Shown here: positions 36,676-41,142 of the stretch, piece by piece
Layout: every line of letters begins with the position of its first letter
Numbering within the stretch: the stretch's first letter is position 1
Assembly: GCA_903853515.1 (NCBI GenBank)
Contig: CAINTU010000065.1
Coordinates: 1-41,142, forward strand
Direction: 5' to 3'
Source: an uncultured Micrococcales bacterium
Lineage (GTDB): Bacteria; Actinomycetota; Actinomycetes; Actinomycetales; Microbacteriaceae
DNA length: 41,142 nt
The notes under the pieces: model-generated
What the model saw: only the letters and a program-made list of their open reading frames with translations
Database searches by the model: none
Told to the model about the DNA's origin: nothing
Position numbers and translations under genes: made by a program

Positions 36676-38745
36676 ATGCGGTCTATGGACGGGCACAAAA
36701 TGGGCAGAAAAATGTTTATCGGAATTGCTCTATTTCTGACAGTGCCGCTAGGTCAAATTTCGATAGAACCCGCCTCTGCATCTAGCAGCTCTGATCTCGT
36801 ACCGCCCCAAGTTAGCGCCGGCGGACACCATACATGTGCCATAACGGTTACCAACACTGTGCAATGTTGGGGTGATGATAGATGGGGCGAGATTGATGTA
36901 CCAAGCAACCTGGGGAAGATCACTCAACTTAGTCTTGGAGGTCTTCACACCTGTGCACTCACTTTCGCCGGCGCAATCAGGTGTTGGGGGAATAACGACT
37001 ACGGCCAAATAAATGTACCGCCGGATTTAGGCAAAGCCACGCTCGTCAAGTCTTCTGACTTTTACAGTTGCGCCCTACTAATCGATCAAAGCATCAGATG
37101 CTGGGGCTGGCAGATGGGGTTCTCGCCTTATTGGATGGATGCACCAAGTGATTTGGGCCAAGTGAAAGCCTTTAGCGTGGGACAATACAACATTTGTGCG
37201 GTGAGGGTGACTGGTTCGGTTCGCTGCTGGGGTCACAGCAACGATTTTGGTCAAGATAATGTGCCTCAAGATCTTGGCCTTGTGAATGATGTAGTGGTTG
37301 GCGATAGCTTCGGCTGCGCGTTGCTAGCTTCTGGCCACATTCAGTGCTGGGGAATGTATACATACCCTTGGTACGCAACCACAGTTGCTGTCACCAACTC
37401 TCCCGATGACAATGAAATCTACAAATCAATAACCGCCGGCGGTTTTAGTGCCTGCGCACTTTCCCAAAAAGGCGAAGTCAAATGTTGGGGTTGGGACACA
37501 CAGAGCGTAGGGTCAGATCCGGGAGAAACCGATGTACCGGCGGCCTTAGGCAATGTAACTCAAATTACATCAGGTTCTTATCACAACTGCGCTTTGAACG
37601 ATGCAGGAAAAGTTGCTTGCTGGGGTTCGAATGTTTATGGTGAATCCACAGTTCCACAAGATTTATGGATGGGAAATACAAGACTATTCGCTGCAACGCC
37701 TATACCCAACATCGTTGGCTCGAGCGAAGTTCAATCGATTCTTCTCGCTGACCCAGGAGTATGGGACTCCAACGCAGAGCTAACTTACCAATGGCTTCAA
37801 GACGGCTCTCCAATTCCCGGAGCCACTAGCAACCAATACAAACTCAGCTTAGAAAATCTTGCGCACAGTGTGAAAGTATCAATAACCGGTACCGCTCCAG
37901 GCTACATGCCATCGACGCAAGTAAGCGATTCGATACTTGTGACACTAGGAATTTTGACTCGAACCCCAGCTCCGAAAATCACTGGGAGCAGCACTTTTGG
38001 ATTTACTCTTACAGCCAATCCAGGCACTTGGGATCCAGGAGTTGAACTCACCTATCAGTGGCTGAAAGACGCAGAGCCGATAGAGGCTGCGACAACTAAT
38101 CAACTAGTGCTGAAATCAGAAGATGTCGGCCACCTTATTTCTGTGGTTGTGACAGGCTCCCGAGCGGGCTATGAGTCAATTGCTCAAACCAACGTCCCAA
38201 TTAGAATTCAATCAGCCAAATTTACAAGAACTCCATTGCCTCTATTTAGTGGTGCCCTTAACGTCGGCTCAACGCTCACCGCAAATGCAGGCGACTGGGA
38301 TGATGGAGTGAGCATTGCCTACTGTTGGCAGCGAGACAACGTAGCAATTTCAGGTGCGACAGCTAACAAATATGTACTTAGCTCGCAAGACTTAGGGCAC
38401 CAAATCCGTTTACAGATCACCGCAACCGCGCCAGGCTACACAACTGCGACAACCACATCCTCATCGAGCATAATTTCGGCTGGAGCAATGACGCCAGTCA
38501 CACCTAGGATAACCGGCCTCCCTAAGTCCAATATGACGATAAAGGCGACTGTCTCAAGTTGGGTTCAAGGCGCAAAAATTAGTTATCAATGGCTTCTAGA
38601 CGGAAAACCAATCAAGGCAGCCACAAAATCGAGCTACACACTTCTAGCTTCTCAAAAGTCGCATAAGATTTCACTATCTATAACTGAAAATGCACCGGGT
38701 TACCTCGCTGCAACCTCGATTACAACGGCATACAAAGTTGGCTGA
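36676..38745 (+). CDS. Secreted RCC1/BLIP-II-like seven-bladed beta-propeller with four C-terminal Ig-like repeats
   Basis: Signal peptide; seven [H/S]xCAL..G.V.CWG repeats; four YQWL.DG-type repeats; start 36676 or 36700. Confidence 0.85.
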   Translation: MRSMDGHKMGRKMFIGIALFLTVPLGQISIEPASASSSSDLVPPQVSAGGHHTCAITVTNTVQCWGDDRWGEIDVPSNLGKITQLSLGGLHTCALTFAGAIRCWGNNDYGQINVPPDLGKATLVKSSDFYSCALLIDQSIRCWGWQMGFSPYWMDAPSDLGQVKAFSVGQYNICAVRVTGSVRCWGHSNDFGQDNVPQDLGLVNDVVVGDSFGCALLASGHIQCWGMYTYPWYATTVAVTNSPDDNEIYKSITAGGFSACALSQKGEVKCWGWDTQSVGSDPGETDVPAALGNVTQITSGSYHNCALNDAGKVACWGSNVYGESTVPQDLWMGNTRLFAATPIPNIVGSSEVQSILLADPGVWDSNAELTYQWLQDGSPIPGATSNQYKLSLENLAHSVKVSITGTAPGYMPSTQVSDSILVTLGILTRTPAPKITGSSTFGFTLTANPGTWDPGVELTYQWLKDAEPIEAATTNQLVLKSEDVGHLISVVVTGSRAGYESIAQTNVPIRIQSAKFTRTPLPLFSGALNVGSTLTANAGDWDDGVSIAYCWQRDNVAISGATANKYVLSSQDLGHQIRLQITATAPGYTTATTTSSSSIISAGAMTPVTPRITGLPKSNMTIKATVSSWVQGAKISYQWLLDGKPIKAATKSSYTLLASQKSHKISLSITENAPGYLAATSITTAYKVG

Positions 38746-39026
38746 AAACTCGAATAGGGCCGCGAAGAGTGGCTTAATTTAAAGTCAGGCCAAAACCAAC
38801 CTCGCCGTCAAAAGTCGGGTAAAGATCTCAAGGCCATCTTGCCGAGATATCTTCCAAATCTAGACCTAATTGAGATGCCAAAATCCATCTCACCCGCAGG
38901 TGACACTTGAACTGGTTGCCTTAACAATCCCCTCGCTTAGTTTAGGAATCAATTCGCCTGTATTCAAATGGGAGATTCCACTAAAAGACGGTGGCTTCTC
39001 AATGAACTTTAAGTTAGTTAACCTAG

Positions 39027-39506
39027 TTATTGGGAATCAGAGGACTGACCCAACTCCAATATTCCTGTAAAAAGAGCGGTCAAGAAGCCGACAGCAACAA
39101 TGACCCAACCCGTGGCTGTGAAAGCGGAGTTGTCACAACTAGAGCCACTGAGGGCGCATGAAACGTTCTGGCTTGCTCCCGCTCCGATGATGGCATAACC
39201 CAAAACGCTGCTTATTGCAGATATGAAAATGAACAACACCAGCGCTCGAACGGCATGGGTGGTTCGATCTTGGGCTGCTACCAGCAAATCGATGCCTGCG
39301 AGGCCGCCTTCATTGGTAGTTTCTTGAGAGGTCTTGGCACTTTGAGCGGGTTTTGCTGCAGGCCTCAAACGCTCATCACCGCGATAAATGATGGCGTGGA
39401 GTTCTTTGCGGCACTTGCGGCATTTGATTTTCTCCCATGTGCCGAAATCACTTCTCGAGTATTCGCTTCCGCAGTTGCGGCATTCGTATTCAGGCTGATT
39501 AGTCAT
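39027..39506 (-). CDS. Hypothetical zinc-ribbon membrane protein
   Basis: CRNC...CRKC N-terminus and two C-terminal TM helices; TACATT 7 nt before the ATG at 39506. Confidence 0.7.
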   Translation of the reverse strand: MTNQPEYECRNCGSEYSRSDFGTWEKIKCRKCRKELHAIIYRGDERLRPAAKPAQSAKTSQETTNEGGLAGIDLLVAAQDRTTHAVRALVLFIFISAISSVLGYAIIGAGASQNVSCALSGSSCDNSAFTATGWVIVAVGFLTALFTGILELGQSSDSQ

Positions 39507-39630
39507 GCGGCTAAATGTAGTCCCCAAAAGGAAACAATGCAATCCATGCTTGAGGCATAAGGAGCGATGGCGCGACCAGGACAATGTAAGTAAGACTAGA
39601 AGCCTACAAATTGAATGAAGGTAGGGTCGA

Positions 39631-40110
39631 ATGGGCAAAGTAAGACCAAAAGTTGATTCCACGCTAATCGGTCCAGCTGGCGAGCACCTCGTTCTTTCTC
39701 GCCTTTTGGCTCAGGGCTTCTTGGCATCTCCAGCTCCGCGGGGCACCCGGCAAGTGGACATCGTTGTGAATTTAATTGAAGGTGGCAACCCCAAACTCAT
39801 TCAAGTGAAAACAACGATGGGCTCGCCTAAAAAGGGTTGGATTCTGCAGGCTAAACATGAAAATCAAGCTAGCGAGGATCTTTTCTTTTGCTTTGTCAGT
39901 TTTGATTCAATTCAAGGCGAGGTTTATGTGATCCCTTCAGCTGTCGTCGCAGGGCACATCAAGGAAGGCCATGAAAAATGGCTTTCGAAACCAGGTAAGC
40001 AAGGTCAAAAGCACAATGACAGCGCCATGAGGAATTTGAGTTCTTTAGAAAACTCGTACGGGCCGAGTTGGCTGTCTACTTACTTTGAAAATTGGGATCT
40101 GCTTCGCTAA
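39631..40110 (+). CDS. Small PD-(D/E)xK superfamily nuclease-like protein
   Basis: GPAGEHLV helix, VDIVV and IQVKT (E..D..QxK) restriction-endonuclease-like core. Confidence 0.72.
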   Translation: MGKVRPKVDSTLIGPAGEHLVLSRLLAQGFLASPAPRGTRQVDIVVNLIEGGNPKLIQVKTTMGSPKKGWILQAKHENQASEDLFFCFVSFDSIQGEVYVIPSAVVAGHIKEGHEKWLSKPGKQGQKHNDSAMRNLSSLENSYGPSWLSTYFENWDLLR

Positions 40111-40617
40111 CACAGATTTGGTATTTGCAGTCAGAAAGCGCCTAGACAGGCAAACCAAAAAAAGTAATGTCCTTGTTATCTTCGCGATTTTGGGCGTCGA
40201 TTAGTTTGAACCTGCGCGAACGAGTACACGTTGTGAGAGAGTGTTGTCTAAGGTTCGGCAGACCCCCAAAAAAGTTTGGCGGTCATTGTCAATGGGTGCT
40301 CAAACTTGTTTGGACACCTTCGGACTCTATTCCAAAATAGCCACGGAATTGTGTGAAAATCATGTCGATGCGATACGCGCAGAACCTGCAGTGAAAGGGA
40401 ACTCTGTCTCTTTGACGCGCAGAAATAACGCTCTGGAAGCGGAATCAAACCTTCAATTCACCCCGAGTCAGAGTTAGCTGTAGACCACCAAATGAAGACA
40501 AAGTTCAACTGGATGCTCACTCGCTGTAGCAATGTCTCCGCACGGTAATAGCATTGAAGTCTAAGCAAAGTGGCTGCCTACTATGGGGTTCGCAGATGCA
40601 AGGGTAATGGGCACGCT

Positions 40618-41142
40618 ATGGCAGGGAAGACAATAAACGTGAGTTCAACAACACAGCAAGAGATTGAGTCTTGGCTTTGGGATGCAGCAAACATCCTTAG
40701 AGGGCCAGTAGATCCAGCCAACCTAAGAGACTATGTATTCCCTTTGCTATTCCTAAAGCGACTAAGCGATACCTGGGATGAAGAGCAAGAGAAGGCCATC
40801 AAACAGTTCGGCATCGACATTGACCGTGAAACAGCCGCTGACTTCCATACTTTCCAGATCCCAGATGGTTGCCACTGGGCTGATCTAAGACGAGCCACTG
40901 AAAACCACGGTGTCCTGATCCAGAACATGATGCAAAAGATTGAGGAAGCAAACCCTAACCAGTTAGCTCAAATCTTCGGAAACGCACCTTGGGCAGATCA
41001 CAACAAAATGCCACCAGAGCGACTGGAAAAGCTTGTCCAGCATTTCGGCCTTAGAGACATTTCTCCAAGCAAGGTATCTAATGATCTTCTTGGTGGAGGA
41101 TACGAATACCTCCTAAAGAGATTCTCAGATGAAAGCGCAACA
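40618..41142 (+). CDS. hsdM: Type I restriction-modification methyltransferase subunit M, N-terminal part (cut by window end)
   Basis: Translates LWDAANILRGPVDPANLRDYVFPLLFLKRLSD...DLLGGGYEYLLKRFSDESAT; open to the window end and absent from the ORF track. Confidence 0.9.
   Translation, partial: MAGKTINVSSTTQQEIESWLWDAANILRGPVDPANLRDYVFPLLFLKRLSDTWDEEQEKAIKQFGIDIDRETAADFHTFQIPDGCHWADLRRATENHGVLIQNMMQKIEEANPNQLAQIFGNAPWADHNKMPPERLEKLVQHFGLRDISPSKVSNDLLGGGYEYLLKRFSDESAT

Larger units (their letters stand above)
33506..41142. mobile_element. Integrative genomic island at the tRNA-Arg(ACG) 3' end; continues beyond the window
   Basis: xis-int pair next to the tRNA, visible shift to more A/T-rich sequence, cargo of hypotheticals and R-M genes; no second att copy seen in the window. 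Confidence 0.8.

Noticed and set aside
38746-39026. 66-aa ORF or possible pseudogene remnant between the RCC1 and Zn-ribbon genes
   Set aside because: No recognisable motif or start signal, and the minus-strand frames are interrupted; it cannot be supported
33974-41142. Prophage interpretation of the island
   Set aside because: No structural, replication, lysis or repressor genes in the visible part

Overview
Chromosomal window from an actinobacterium of moderate GC. The gene content, the pgm-pheA-serS-HAD-tRNA-Ser-LCP order, compact spacing and frequent leaderless starts suggest a streamlined freshwater Microbacteriaceae such as Rhodoluna/Aquiluna (inference). Bases 1-23.9 kb are mostly core metabolism: M13 peptidase, thioesterase, a ferric-reductase/FMN-binding protein/ApbE flavinylation operon, putA, an orphan DNA methyltransferase, TPP-riboswitch-controlled thiBP without thiQ, an MFS exporter, D,D-carboxypeptidase, pgm, pheA, serS, tRNA-Ser, LCP and sdaA. 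Bases 24-33.5 kb hold a secreted CotH-like kinase, a LacI-regulated sugar ABC transporter with an ABM/LsrG-like gene, a secreted unknown, tRNA-Ser(GCT), a VOC protein, a CX5R phosphatase and tRNA-Arg(ACG). From about 33.5 kb to the end is an integrative island at tRNA-Arg: xis-int, membrane unknowns, a secreted RCC1 beta-propeller, a small PD-(D/E)xK nuclease and the start of a type I R-M hsdM. Best leads: (i) a shared four-copy C-terminal Ig-like module on unrelated secreted proteins, possibly a surface-display system; (ii) a possible new defence cassette in the island; (iii) a flavinylation operon with a signal-less ApbE and OmpR-type boxes. All calls come from reading motifs by eye; no searches were run.
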